A DNA stretch of 64,000 nt, from assembly GCA_002633005.1 (NCBI GenBank), contig NMRA01000131.1:173798-237797 (forward strand), given 5' to 3'. Shown here piece by piece: positions 38,901 to 53,900 of the stretch. Position 1 is the stretch's first letter, and every line of letters begins with the position of its first letter. This DNA is from Phoronis australis (taxonomy: Eukaryota > Animalia > Phoronida). Both the position numbers and the translations under genes were made by a program. The notes under the pieces were generated by a model. It searched no databases, was not told the origin of the DNA, and saw only the letters and a program-made list of their open reading frames with translations.

Positions 38901-41900
38901 AAATACAACTTACACTGGATAAGGAGAGTGGTGTTTGGATAAAAGCACTTGTCTGACTGTTTACCTCTTTGAAATAAATGGACACATTAAAATTCTTGGT
39001 AGTGACAACTTCTTTGGGAACTAACTTGTTGCTTAAGTTGTCCCTGCGTAATTCATCAGTTTGGCTGTTATTCCTACACTTTTCCTTGTTGGTCTATGTT
39101 AATACTCATTCAGTTTACGATTTATTTTTTTTATAAAAAATATCTGATCCTAACTTTAGCATTTAGTAAAATAATAAATAATTCATGTCGTAACTCATCA
39201 ACTTGTGCTGTTGTGCAAGCTTGTGCTCTAGAACTGTTGCAAAGCTCTGTCAATCACAATCAGACTCAAAAATCAATATTTCCTTCTTCAAAGGTTATCA
39301 TCCAGAAATCGTGAATCAGTAAATCAAAATGTTCTCATCTACAGATGCTTCCTTGCACAAGTCCTCATTTTTGCTCTTCTCTTTCTCCAGGGGTGTTCCG
39401 GCTGTTGTCGACTTTGCTGCCATGCGTGATGCTGTCCATAGACTTGGTGGGGATGAGTCCATCATCAACCCCATATGTCCAGCTGATCTCGTTATTGATC
39501 ACTCCGTTCAAGTGGATGTGGCTCGCAGGTAAACTGTATAGCTTTGAGTTGTAGTTTCTGGAGACGATTCTGGCATTCACATAAGGTACTTGTAATTATA
39601 TTGTGTTTCAGATATTATTGGTGATCAGCGGAGTGGTGATTTACTACCAATATGTGAACTTGGAACCAAGAACAGAGATGTTTTTGTTCACAATCGTTCA
39701 CACATCCAATTGTACCCAACATTTGATACTTTCAAAGACGGCACCAGATCCGCTTTAAAGTTACTGTTATAATTAAATCACTAATACCATGTTATCGGTT
39801 GCACATTGTTCAAAAGTGATTGAAAAGTCTTAAAGTTGGAGTCTGAACATTTTTTTTTTAAATTCTGGCTAGGTTATTGTTTAGTTATAAGTGTAATGCC
39901 ATTTAAGGGACAATCACTTCTAAAAATGACCCAATCCAGCAGTGTAGCCATGCTATTCAAATGATTCTCTGGCAAAGCCACAAACATCACCATCTTTGAA
40001 AACCATTGTTTTGGTTCGTGTTTTGGGCTGGAAACCTTAGTTTTGGCTCTGTACTATGTGAGTTAGCATCCCTGATTACACAAAGCGCAGTGGATCAAAT
40101 GCTATTCACCGATTGTTTCAAAGTGAAGATTCACCACATCTGACTTCATTTACAATAGTTGTAAGTTTGTGATTTCAACTTGACGTAATTAACATTGCAT
40201 GGGTTTGGAGGTACAAGATGCCTGCCTCCAGTATTTTTGCAGTGTTACGTTACATTTCAATCAGTCGTGAGCTGTTGTTTTCAGTCCAGGTCGTTTGTAT
40301 TCATGTGTGTTTTACAGCTTATTGAGTAGATACTCCCCAAACCCTGGTGGAGGTGGAAGGCCATGTCAGAAGTCAGGTCAAGGGTCAAAGCCAGGTCAAA
40401 GTTCACGACCAGCGACATGCAATACTTGTACAAATTTAGGGCTTCCCATCACAGATGCAATTTGTCCCTTTCATCGTGAGAAAACACAAGGGTTTGTATT
40501 TGTGTATTAGCCCGGTGTCGTTTTCCTTATATGTGAGCTCAGTTTGTAACCCTAACACTGACAACTCTGTTTTATAACTTGTATTATCCTAGACATGGTT
40601 GAAGACTGTTGAAGCTCTCTCTTGCTGAAGATGTGGCAGGGTTGCATGGTGTATGTAAAAAGTGTCACAGTTGCACACTCTCAAGCATTGAAATGTTCAG
40701 TTAAATGTTTTGGAAAGTCGGAAACATTTATTTAGCTTTGTGTGTTGTTTTTAAAATTTTTAGTTATTGCAAATTGTTGGTTAGTGATGCCTCAAAACTA
40801 GAATCCAATCCCTGAATTCAGACTAGAGCCGATATTGATCTTATTAAAATTGTTCGCACTGTCTTTTTAGAATATTTTGTATAGTTTTACTCTTAGTCAG
40901 TTATATTTTGTAGATATTTTCAACTTGTGTTTGTTTTTAATTTAGTACTAAATCTTGCAAATTTAACTGCTGCAGAAAATGTTCAATTGTGCTCTGGGAC
41001 ATTTTGCTCCCTTCTGGTTGTGTGAACAGTGGATGTCGACCCAGTTGTCTTACAGTTAGCTTTGTTCGCCATTAATCTAAGCACCCGCACCCAGCATGGT
41101 AATGGTTGACTTTCTTTTCTTAAAATCATCAATTTCTGCTGTACTTTTGTTGCTGTTGTGCGAATTTTTGACTTTGCACTAGATCCCTATAGTCAAGAAA
41201 TTGTTCATACAAATAGTCATCACTGTTAGAGCCACACGCAGCCTACGTTTATTTTATTGCCAATTTCTTTAGCACTCTTACAGTATTTCTTTCTTGGTAA
41301 CGCTGCATGCTTCCATAATTTTAACTAATCAGTACAAACGGTGTTAGGCTGTGTTTTGCCCTGTTGAGCTGGCTTGAAAATGAAAAACTTTTTACTCTCA
41401 TAAAGTTGATTTCGTGTTATTCCTTAGTGCGATAGGACTCTTTTCTATTCGCAACGAAAACATCAAAACCATCAGTAACTCTAGAAAACGCTTCGGAGCT
41501 GACCAACCCTAAAACTATGGGTGTGATACTGGTGCCCACAGGCATTCCCTGCACCTTGACTTGCTGGCTCATGGGAATATAATTTAAGATTGAACGAGTG
41601 TTGTATCATTTTGAACCCCAAAACATTTCAGTGAAGAATTCGACATTGACAGCTAAAATGGGCAAAATGCAGCTTTAATGTTATGTAGGACCTTGTTGTT
41701 GGCACGCCTGTGGATTTAGCCAATTATATACAGAACTTTATAATTTAATCACTTGAAAATAAATATTTTCTGAAATTATGTAGCCTAAAGTATTCTCGAC
41801 TTTACACCAATTTCTCATTAAATGAGTCACGTGACCAGGTCTTGTAAAATTTACCAAAACAAAGGTATAATTGTAGCAAAATAATGGTATTGATAACATC

Positions 41901-44900
41901 GCTAAATTTCATTAGATATAAATGTTCAAGAATAAATCATATAAACAATTTTAATTTTCATTTTATGCAACTTTTGATTTTTTTCGGAGAAATCATTAAA
42001 ATCCTGTTTTTGATAGCCTCATGCAAAAGTGCATTATTTTAAAAACGATTCCCAACACCATATTGGAGAACAGTACACAAACCAAAATATGCGAAAGTTT
42101 CATGGGAGTCCAGTCAGTCATTTTTGAGATATGACAGTTTTTGTAGGGTCGTACATAACCTTAGCTTATGTTTCTTCTTTGCTTCATTACTGTTTTTATA
42201 GAATTCACTTCTGGTTTTCATTTGAGGTTGGCACTATTTTGACTTGGCTTTGACCCGACTTGATCACGCCGTGGGATTTGTATTGTGCAGCATTTTCTGA
42301 TAATAGCCACTGCTCTTCTTTCAGGCAATCATTGTTGAATGTTTTATACAAACCTCAGCTTCAGTGCTTAATGTATTGTTAATGAGTGATTACTAAACTT
42401 AGATGACTGTTCTAATTAAACCATTCCTGCTGTGTGTTACTATGGAAACTAATCTAGTCAGCAAGGGCATGCAGCTTATATCATTCATTATTTTGCTTTC
42501 TGTTGCTGACCCTTTCTGTTTCAAAAATCATTCTCGAAATTAAAGAAAAGTTGGAGTGAGATTTTGTCCAAAGTGCATGACAAATCAAAATTGGATAGCA
42601 ATCCAAGCAAATCATTAGAACATTGAAATATCTCCAGAATTACATTTCATTACCTTATTTATACCTATTTTTCTCTCAGTGTGTTTTTAAACACACCCGT
42701 CAACAATATGAACAATTATGTATTTTTGAGCTGTGTGTTCTCATTTAGACTGCTCGCGTGCTTGTACAGTACGTTGAAGTTATTTTAGTTTTGTGAAATT
42801 TATCCATTTTACTTACAGTGTTAAGGGGCAGTAAACCCGTGCCTTTCATCGAAAAACAGTGTTTTATTTAGGTTACTACTGTAACAAAATCAACCTCATG
42901 TTGTTCTATACTGAAATTAGAAATGCTTTCCTAGAAAGTTTGACAGGTCGTTATTGCTCGAGACCAGACCTATTAATTTGCTTTTCGTGGTCCGTTAGTT
43001 TCACTTGGTAAAACAGTATGTCCGTCAAAGGAATACGAGACTTTCAAGTTGCAAATGAATACTGGTGACCTTTAGATTACGAGGAGACAATTTCACTTTA
43101 AGATTTGTTTAGAATGCACCATGTTGCACACGTAATATAACAGGACCTCTCCATAAAGTCAAATGTGTTTCCCTATGTCACCTGCAGCATAGAAAATGTA
43201 CCTCTTATTACTTTTATGGTTGGATATAACATGCCCTCAGTTTGAGAGCCACTTTTCTCCACTGAACAACGAGCATCAAACTGCTTCCCAAAATGCATGT
43301 TGCCTTTTGTTACAGCCAGTCGGCAATCAGCAGGCCTTAGAATTTTCCTCTTTTAAATGGATTTCCTCTTTTTTGGTTTCAATGTCTTCCCGTTTAATAA
43401 TTTCCAGTTTCTTCTTTTTTCTCTTTATCATTATTTTGACTTTATTTGTGCAAAACGTTTAACATATATTTTAGATAAATTTCACAACACGAAAACCATT
43501 TCTATCGCACAAGCCTATTTGTGTAACGATACATCACCTGGAAATTTTTCCTCTTTTTTATCATTGGTCATTCCAAGCTCTGAATTAGAGTCACCAGTCC
43601 CAGATGATCAGCCCCTATTGTTTCCTGAAAATCTCCCATTCCAGCTGATTTACAGTTCAAACAAAGGTTAGGAACCCGTTGATGTTGCTCTGGAGGTGCG
43701 TATACGCCTGACAAGGAAAGTTGATATTTGTTTAATCATCAGCAGAGCATGGTTTAAAGCTTTGTCATAAATTACTCATGAATTGCTTGCAACTCAGTTT
43801 CATTTTCTTGTTCACCTACTAACCACAATGACTCTTAATGATGATTTCTCGTCATTTTTTGTTCTCTCGAGTCCTTGTTGATTATCCATCTGTTTGATGT
43901 ACTTTTTCAGTGCTGACGCCTTACGAAAGAATGAGGAAATTGAGTTCGAAAGAAATAAAGAGCGATTTGTCTTTTTGAAGGTTTGTGCTTCTTAGTATTC
44001 TTAATTGAGTACACATGAGACACAAGTTGTTAACAGTGTTACAATCCATCACACAACTGTTAATAACACTGTTTAACAATACATCGTATAACAGATTATA
44101 ACACTGCTACAATACATCGTATAACAGATTATAACACTGCTACAATACATCATATAACTGTTTATAGCACTAATACAGTGCATCACAAAACTGTTGATAG
44201 CACTGTAGTATACACCACATAACTGTTGGTATTAGAGCTCAAGTTACTAGTCTTTCAATGTTCTACACATTCATTGATTAAGTAGGCAGACATTCTGGTT
44301 GTCCTCGGCATGAGAGACTATGTCTTTTTTGTGTTTGTATTAGTTTGTATTACTGTGTGATCTGTGAGACGAATACCTTCCTGAAAGATATATTGTACCA
44401 AGTGTAGACAAATTTGTAAACATAATACAAATATAAAACCAAAANCACTGCTACAATACATCGTATAACAGATTATAACACTGCTACAATACATCGTATA
44501 ACAGTTTATAACACTGCTACAATACATCGTATAACAGATTATAGCACTGCTACAATACATCGTATAACAGATTATAACACTGCTACAATACATCGTATAA
44601 CAGATTATAACACTGCTACAATACATCATATAACAGTTTATAGCACTAATACAGTGCATCACAAAACTGTTGATAGCACTGTAGTATACACCACATAACT
44701 GTTGGTATTAGAGCTCAAGTTACTAGTCTTTCAATGTTCTACACATTCATTGATTAAGTAGGCAGACATTCTGGTTGTCCTCGGCATGAGAGACTATGTC
44801 TTTTTTGTGTTTGTATTAGTTTGTATTACTGTGTGATCTGTGAGACGAATACCTTCCTGAAAGATATATTGTACCAAATGTAGACAAATTTGTAAACATA

Positions 44901-47900
44901 ATACGAATATAAAACCAAAATAGATGTGGCGTCCTGTGAATTTATTTAGTGAACAATCAAAAGGAGACTGTCGTCAGTTTACAGATTCTTCAGGTCTACT
45001 CTTGTGCTACCTTAATTGTATTGTGTCATATTGTAACATGGACTGGTGGTCTAGTTTACTGAAAGAAACTATTAACTATTAACTGTGGATGACACTGTTA
45101 CAAAACATCACATTATTGTTGGCAACACTGTTATAATACATCACATCAGCTTTCATACAATAAAACCCAATAGGGGGAGCATGACTTGCCATATCAGAAC
45201 TGATAGTGTGAGCTTATGGAAGATGCTCAGACAGAAGAAAATTACAGTTAAAAATTACGTCTTTAGAGTTAAATGTACGCAAAACTGTGACGATGTCTAC
45301 ATCAGAAAACTAATTTCTTAGTGAAATTGTATGTCTTCAACTAATAAACACCCGTACATTTCAGTGGGGTGCCAAGGCACTGCAGAACATGCTGATTGTC
45401 CCACCTGGCTCAGGTATTGTTCACCAGGTAAACCTTGAACACCTGGCTCGTGTCGTCTTCAATAAGGATCAAGTACTCTACCCAGACAGCTTGGTTGGTA
45501 CAGACTCGCACACCACCATGATCAATGGGCTTGGTGTTGTTGGTTGGGGTAAGTTGGACCAGCCTCTGGCTTCACTTCTGTGTTGGATACATGAATGTTT
45601 TGCACGACATTTTGAACCATATTCCTCTGAAAGTTTCCAATTAGTAAATGAAGTAGCCTGAACATTCCAGCTGTTCATCTGTCAACTTGTGTTCATTACT
45701 CTACAGGGCTTAAAATTTTCTACTTTAATAGGATTTCCTCTTTTGTGGTTTCAATTTCCTCTTATTTGATTTCCAATTTCTTCTTTTTTGTCTCTTTTCA
45801 TTATTTTGGCTTCATTGGTGCAAAAAAGACTTATTTCAATTAAACTTTAGAACACAAAAACTATTTTTATCACAAAAGCCTATTATTTGTGGAATGATAC
45901 GTCACATGATAAATTTTCCTTTTTGTCATTGATCCCTCCAAGTCCTGATTACAGTTTGTAGACATGTTACCACATGGATACTCAATGTTATGGCAAATCA
46001 ATGACACGGTTAGTTAAATTGACTGAGAACTAATGGTACATGGTGGCTTTGAATGTGTCCTTGTCTGATGGTACTCTTGTCCACTTGGTCTTCAGGAGCA
46101 TGCCTCTAATTACGGTCACTTGTTGGAACAGTTTTTGATAAAATGCGCAATGTCCAGACCGAACCTATGTACACTAGGTGTGATTTTATTACTAGCAACA
46201 GGACAATTGGGCATAGTCACATGTTCAGCAAAACACACATCCACGATTGAACTTAAAAACTCATAATATGAACTTTACATTTGGTAGTCCCATTCTGTGT
46301 ACTCATTGTGTGAGTGTGTTGGACTAAGTAACTCGTGTGAACTTTACTATCACTAGTCGCTGTCTCCGTACTAATTCTGTATGTGCATTATGCAGGTGTA
46401 GGAGGCATTGAGGCTGAGGCAGTCATGCTAGGTCAGTCCATCAGTATGGTGCTACCCAAGGTGGTCGGATACAAGATTACAGGTGTGATTCACCAACTGG
46501 CCACCTCTACTGATGTGGTGCTTACCATCACCAAGGTAACTAACTGTGAACATCTGGGTTTTGTTGATGTGTAATATTGATAAAATCAAGTCTGTTGCAT
46601 TCATTTGGCAATGTGTTGTTCTTATAAGCTCAGCTGATCATGTAACACGAGTCTTGCCCAGCTGAATAACAGGATTATTCCCTTCATATGTTTCTTTCAA
46701 ATTTGTGTTTAAATACAGTGTCATTATCAAGGACTGGATGGATGTCGTAGTTTGCCTGTATTGTGCCCACAGCTGGTTAGATCCGAAAGAATATAAATTT
46801 AATTCAGCCTTCAGTTTTGTCACACCATATATGTCTGCCCACAGTTTCAGTGGTAGTGGAATGCTATGGTGAACAGTGTTGATTTGTGCAGAGTGTCAAA
46901 ATGTCCATTATTTAAAGTTATTGTAATAGATCAAGCTCTCTAATTGAGTTACTGTTGGAAACAGAAATAAAAAGGTAATGGGTCTTGGCTATCTTTCTTT
47001 GGACTCCAAGAAATATACATTGTGAGAAGTCCCGTATTCAGAATACAACTTTGAAGGGTATTGTAGTCAGATGTTAGATAAAAGTGAACTGAACGTGGAA
47101 GCTGAGAAGCCATGTTTATTCACCATTACACGAGACAGGAACAGGAAACACAGAATCATGGGTAACTCATGAAATTGGGTTACAGTCCAGGGGAGATAGA
47201 TGACCCACTAACTCATAACATTGGCGATAGGTGGCGCCAGTGACAGCCACTTAACAGTTCACAACAAAGGGATGTTGAATAAAACAGCTCTTCTGTCCTT
47301 TGTGCACACGGTTGTAGTAATTAGATTGGAACCTGTCCTAAGTGAATGTATTTGAGTTATAAATGCATGTTACAAAATTTTCAAGTTCTTCCGAATGTGG
47401 TAGTGGACCAAGCCATTTTGAAACTGTAAATAAGGTCCAGCAAGTCTGTTGAATTGATATGCCCCATCAAAACATAATCATCTCTGGTGGCAGGAAAACA
47501 TCAAAATCCTACTTACATGTTTTGGGCAAAATGGCCAGAGATTGGTCAGTAAGGCTACTGCTTGAACTTACATGTGGTGTTACACACAAGATTTACTGTT
47601 GCTAACAGACATGTTGCACCGCTGTACTTGCTAATGTCTTTTATGTTCCTTCCCTTCAGCACCTGAGACAGATTGGTGTGGTTGGCAAGTTTGTTGAGTT
47701 CTACGGTCCAGGAGTTGGTCAGCTGTCCATCGCTGACCGCGCCACTATCTCCAACATGTGTCCAGAGTATGGTGCTACTGTCGGCTTCTTTGCTGTTGAT
47801 GACATGAGTATTAACTATTTGAAGCAAACGGGTGAGTTGGAGCTGTGCAGTGATTGCCTCTTTGAAGGCATAGACTGGTTGAGGCAATTGTATGACTTTC

Positions 47901-50900
47901 ATATTCATGGTTGTTGTGTTACAAATGATCTTGTCTTCTCTCAGACTGTTATTGGTTCTCAATTGGCACAGCATGGGTAAACTGTCCTTATTGTCCAAAG
48001 TTTCGGTCTTTAAAACAATTATTAAGTATTTCAAGTTGATTACGTGTCATCGAAGGCAGTTGTCCATGATCGCAATTGTTTATTTGCAGGTCGTGACGAA
48101 GCAAAAGTGAAAATGACTGAAGCATACTTAAAGGCCAATAAGATGTTCCGTGATTACAATGATGAGTCACAGGACCCAGTCTTCTCTGAGGTGGGTAATA
48201 ATTATTTACTTGTTATTTGACCCATCCAGTCATAGGACTTCACTCTATAAACTGGAATCGTCTTTGCAGCGGTGCACTTCTGATTATAAGCTCTCTTCCA
48301 TGTTCATTTAGACATGGAAATTAGCAAATCACAAGACCACTTCCGTCAATGTTGTTATTCACTCCCATCTGACCTTAAATGTTAGAAACAGCGTTTGTGA
48401 TTAGTGGGTTGCACACTTCTTTAGACTTTGGCTATCTCCTGCAAATATTATAGTGTTGTTGTTAAAATGGCCTAGTGCAGTATTGAGATTTTTTTGAAGA
48501 TATAGTTCTAGAGGTAGAAATTGTCTGCTTTTTGCACTCGTTACTTTGAGAAATGGCTAAGTTTCATGAAGAAGGGATCGTTGATGTAAATCAGCAACTT
48601 GTGCATGGCTACGGACCAATTATTCAGTGATTGCCTGGTCCTCAAAATCAGTGACCATTATATTCGACTAGTGCTGAGAAATGCTCACTAAATCATAAAT
48701 GCTGGTAAATTTAAACGCTGGGTTTTGGAAGGTACGAATGATGTCGACATTCTGCTTAGTCTCAGAGTAACAACAGTGAAAGTGGACCCATGATTGTTCC
48801 AGATACTGTTCAGCACTGCCGATACATTGATCTGTGTGCTGTTGGTGACGATTGTATTCGTCGTCATATGTTTTCCATCTTGTGTCATTTTTATCATAGT
48901 TGACTATTTTTGAAATATTGGCTCTAGATCTTACTTTGTTAAAAATAAAATTAGTCATGTGTCAAGTTGTTTAAAAGGTAAGAATTGGAACAAGTGCCTA
49001 GTGGTTAACCCCCAGTGTAAGCATACTTCTTTTTAAGAGGCTGTCTCTCTGTTAAAGTCTGCAGTTTTCTGCAAATCTGCTATGCAGAATACTACAAAGC
49101 AGTTTTGGTTGTTCACAGGTCTCTGTTCCTTTAAAATTGAATGGAAACCTTGCTCTAAAATGCATTCTTAACTGAATGTGGTCTATGGGTGTTTGTACCA
49201 TAATTTTGGCTGTCTATTAATTTTGTTGTTATTTTCCCTTCAGGTGGTCACTCTTGACCTGGCCACAGTTGTACCGTGTTGCTCAGGACCCAAGAGACCC
49301 CATGACAAGGTGGTTGTCTCGGACATGAAGAGTGACTTTGAACAGTGCCTTAACAACAAGGTTGGATTCAAGGTGGGTGTTTTATACACAGTAGACAGAG
49401 TTGAAGAATATAAAGTACTGTCTTTACAGTTATTCAGTCATTTGTGATAATCTGGCTTAGGAAAATTGTATACCATGTTTTGCTTTGTTTTTTAATATTT
49501 TATTAAGGTTCAGCTATTTTGTGTTGATATAGTCTATATCAATACAAAATATAGATACAAGTCCATTTTTCTCCAGTTTTATACAATAGCCTTTTTCCTA
49601 AATAACAGCGACATTACGCCTAGATGTTAGATGTCGATGGCGTTGTTGGCGGCCTTGGTGCTGCGCTTTTGTGGGAGAGAGGCTAATACTGTGAGATATC
49701 CCAGCTTTAATTCTTTTTGTCGTCATTGTCACTGTTTCGCTGTGGGATAGTTGAGCAATTCACACATAAATGCGAATGAAGAAAAATTTGTTTCGTGCCA
49801 ATCAACTCGGCTGTCTTGCCCACCAAAATTATACAGTTAGACGAACTTACCTTAAGTGAAGGATGACTGTAATTTTATGTATCCCCAGAATTCCCCCAGA
49901 GTGCTAACATGNAGATACAAGTCCATTTTTCTCCAGTTTTATACAATAGCCTTTTTCCTAAATAACAGCGACATTACGCCTAGATGTTAGATGTCGATGG
50001 CGTTGTTGGCGGCCTTGGTGCTGCGCTTTTGTGGGAGAGAGGCTAATACTGTGAGATATCCCAGCTTTAATTCTTTTTGTCGTCATTGTCACTGTTTCGC
50101 TGTGGGATAGTTGAGCAATTCACACATAAATGCGAATGAAGAAAAATTTGTTTCGTGCCAATCAACTCGGCTGTCTTGCCCACCAAAATTAAAGTTGGGT
50201 CAAGTAAGACACTTTTGTACCCTTAAAATGCTAAACAGTTGTATATCGAATTATTCAGAAAGCAAAAACTGTAACTTAAACTCTGTGTGTTCGTCTCCTG
50301 TGACCTGCCATAATTATCACTTTAACTGATGTATGTATTTTTTATTCAATTTAATATTCTTATCCTTGTTGTCACTTTGTAGGGCTTTGCTATTCCTGCT
50401 GATAAACAGGACACTGTCGTCCCATTTGTCCATGACAACCAGGAGTATACCCTCAGCCATGGGTCTGTGGTCATCGCCGCGGTAACCAGTTGTACTAACA
50501 CTAGTAACCCATCAGTCATGCTTGGTGCAGGTGAGTGTTAGATAGGATTACTGGAGCCTTCTAATGTTGGAAGATGGCTCCCAGTTTCCTGCAAAAAACA
50601 AAGTCTGCAGGAAATAAGACCAAGAGTTTTACCAAATGAATGCCATCTTCAGTCTCTATTCCCTGCCTGAGCTGGTCTCCTGTCTCTTTTTTGATAGTTC
50701 TGCTTTTCTTTTATAAATTCACAATTATTAGAAGGGGAAATGACCACGTATTTTGTTTGCTTGAAAACTGTTTACGAAGAAAATGTTTTTTCTTCTAAGC
50801 TTTGACTTATTCACTGATAGTTATGTAATCACTGAATTAGATACTTTTGAGTCTTTGCTGTAGTTCAGATCATTAGCCTTGTTAATACTTCGTTCTCTGA

Positions 50901-53900
50901 TTCTTTGGTTTGATTAGAAATAAGGTTGTGTCAAAATAAAGTTTGTTCTCGTTGAAAAATGTCAAAATTTTTGGTTAAAAATGTTTATTTAATATTCAGA
51001 TTATTTTGTCTGGTTTCCTTCTGTTTTTGCCGCAACATCAACAACTCTGGTCCAATTTTCAGAAATTTGTAATTTTTATCAAATACACCTTCATTGACAT
51101 TATTCGCCTTTCTTTCCTAGGACTGATGGCCAAGAAGGCTGTTGAGGCCGGCTTGATGGTGAAACCATACATCAAGACTAGCCTGTCTCCGGGCAGTGGA
51201 GTGGTCACCTCATACCTGCAGGAGAGTGGGGTTATGCCCTTCTTGGAGAAACTAGGGTAGGTACTCCCTGAGTGAGATGTTGGCAGGATTGCGTGTTTCT
51301 TTTATTGGTCAAGAATTCAATGGAGGTGAAATCACAGTAACATGCGTACAGGTGATACCTGTCTGAGCATACCTGTGAAGCTTAGCAGAGATGTCTGCTT
51401 GTAAAACGTTTGATATTTTTGGAGCAACATTGTTTAGTTTGTTACTGTTTCAGCTAACCTTATATGATGAGGCATAACTGCAAAACTTGCATGGTCACTC
51501 ACTCCTTGACCATGTGTTATTATGTCAAAGTACATTATCTACTATTCTTTCTCAACAGGTTCGATGTGGTTGGTTATGGCTGCATGACCTGTATTGGCAA
51601 CAGTGGACCCCTAGCTGAAGGGGTGGGGGAGGCTATTGAGAAGGTGGGTTGTTGGCCAGGGACTGGCTGGATAGTGTTAACTATGCTCTATCAATCTCTT
51701 TTACATGACTTGTCTAGTTGAATATGTACCCTATTAGAGTAGTTCTCATTGTTTTTGATTGAGTATGCATGCTGAAAAAGCTCGCAGAATAGTTGCATCT
51801 TATTCTTCAAGGTGGCGACCCTCTGTTTCAGTTTTGTACACATTCTGTTGTCAGTTCTCATTTCACAACAAAGCGTTTTTATTACTGTTGTCAACGATCT
51901 TCCAAATTTAGAATTTTCGTTAGAACATAATATGGCTATGATGATTACATTGTCAATTATTACTGTGCATGTCAGACTTTGGTTGACATGAAGCTCTGGT
52001 AATATTAATGTGTTTTGCCATATGAAGCCTGTTGTTCATGTTTAGTCATGTGATGGTCATGTGGTGATCATGTTAATGGTCATGTGTTAATCATATACAC
52101 TACAGTTTCATTATGTAATTCCATCTCACTCTAGGGTGATCTAGTGACCTGTGGCGTACTTTCTGGCAACCGCAACTTTGAAGGTCGCATCCACCCACTG
52201 ACCCGGGCCAACTATCTGGCTTCACCACCACTAGTCATTGCATATGCACTCGCTGGGACAGTGCGCATTGATTTCGAGAAGGACCCAATTGGTAAGGGGG
52301 TGATTATGAACTGACTTAACTTGTGTAAAATATTTTGCTCCATTAATTCATAGAGTATATCAGGAAACTAATTTCTTGAAGAGCAAATCGTTATAGAAAT
52401 GCTTCAACATGGGAAAACCTATTCTTGTTTTTTTTTCTTTTTGCAGTAGAGGGCACCACATTGTAGTGAATTACATTGGAGAATCTAGTATTAATACCTA
52501 TAGGGCCACTGTGTTTGGGGGCTAAGGTTTCATGGTTGTCTAATTGTGGTATTTCCTTCTTCAAGGCTGATGAGTTTCAGTAGTTCTCTTGTTGGTAATT
52601 ACTCTTCAGCATAACTTGTATGGTAAAATTTGCCAGTTTTGGTTGCTAAGGTAATTTTCAGTGTAGAACTAAAACTGGCCTCCAGATGGCTCTAATCACC
52701 ATCACCAAACCCACTCATCCGCCAACAAACCAAACGTGTTTAAAATTATTACTTGTGACTGATGGGTTCAGAAATGGATGGTGGCAAGGTTTGTATCTGT
52801 AACAAATCACACATGTACATTACAGTTTACTTCGAAATTACATACGTTCAATCCATAGTTGGTACAGAAAAAAGGAAATACACCCTTCTCTGAAGCCTGT
52901 CGCTAGCAAAGTGCCTTACACATACAATCGCACCCGCATGCCCATGTAACACAGGTGCACTGAGACGCAACAAAGATATTAGCAATAAGAATATGTAAAT
53001 AATTATTACTAAATAAGCATAACAATAAGGTTAGCGTACAGTTACTTAAGTTCGGTCACAGTATATCATTACTTGCTAATGAATGATTTTCCATCAAGAT
53101 GACCGTCTGTGTGTGTAATTGCAGGTACTGGTTCTGATGGATCACCTGTCTACCTGCGTGATATCTGGCCCAGTCGTGAAGAGGTGCAGTCTATTGAGAA
53201 AGAGTTTGTTGTACCGGCTATGTTCAAGCAGGTCTACTCCAAGCTTGAGGTGGGTGTGGCCTGCTTTGTCAATCATTATTTTGTCTCAGTTTCTTCTTTC
53301 TATTGATGTTCAACATCATCTTTGAAATTGTGTTCTCGTATTTTGTGACCTCTGTGTTACTGTCAGTCATATATTTTAAGTATTTTTATCTTGTGATGTT
53401 TCTGTAGCTTGTCCCTCTTCCTCAAAACTGTAATTCTACGGCAAAGAACTTGAATTGTTGTCTAAGCTTCTGAATAGCTTTGAAATCCTGAAAATTCATA
53501 CCTGAAGTAATAAGTTTATCTGTAATATTCTCAATAGATGGTGTGTGCTGTGATGAATATGTTTTTTTCTAGAATAGGTGCTATTTTTGTTATTCACATA
53601 TCATGTTTTACTTACCTAGCTTTGTCTGCAACCGAGCAAATGTCGTGATATAGTGTTGCATTGTTCAAAAGGAATCTTGTTTCTGTTGTACATACAGCAT
53701 CCACTCTGTTTGTCGTAGTGTTGATGTTAACACTTTCAAACCCCAAGTGTTATGCATCTTTTACAGAAGGGCAACGAGAGATGGAATAACCTTGAGGCAC
53801 CTGATGGTAACCTGTACCCCTGGGACAACAAGTCTACTTATATCAAGTCTCCTCCTTTCTTCGAGACTATGGTATGCTGTGCATCCAGGCGATTATATTT

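Noticed and set aside
44085-44920. Intronic tandem duplication and Cys/Tyr-rich ORF 44318-44662
   Set aside because: The duplication flanks a single N (contig overlap) and the ORF is the translated 33-bp minisatellite.
49553-50191. Perfect direct repeat suggesting an LTR
   Set aside because: Identical copies straddle an N, with no TG..CA termini or TSD. Most likely an assembly overlap.
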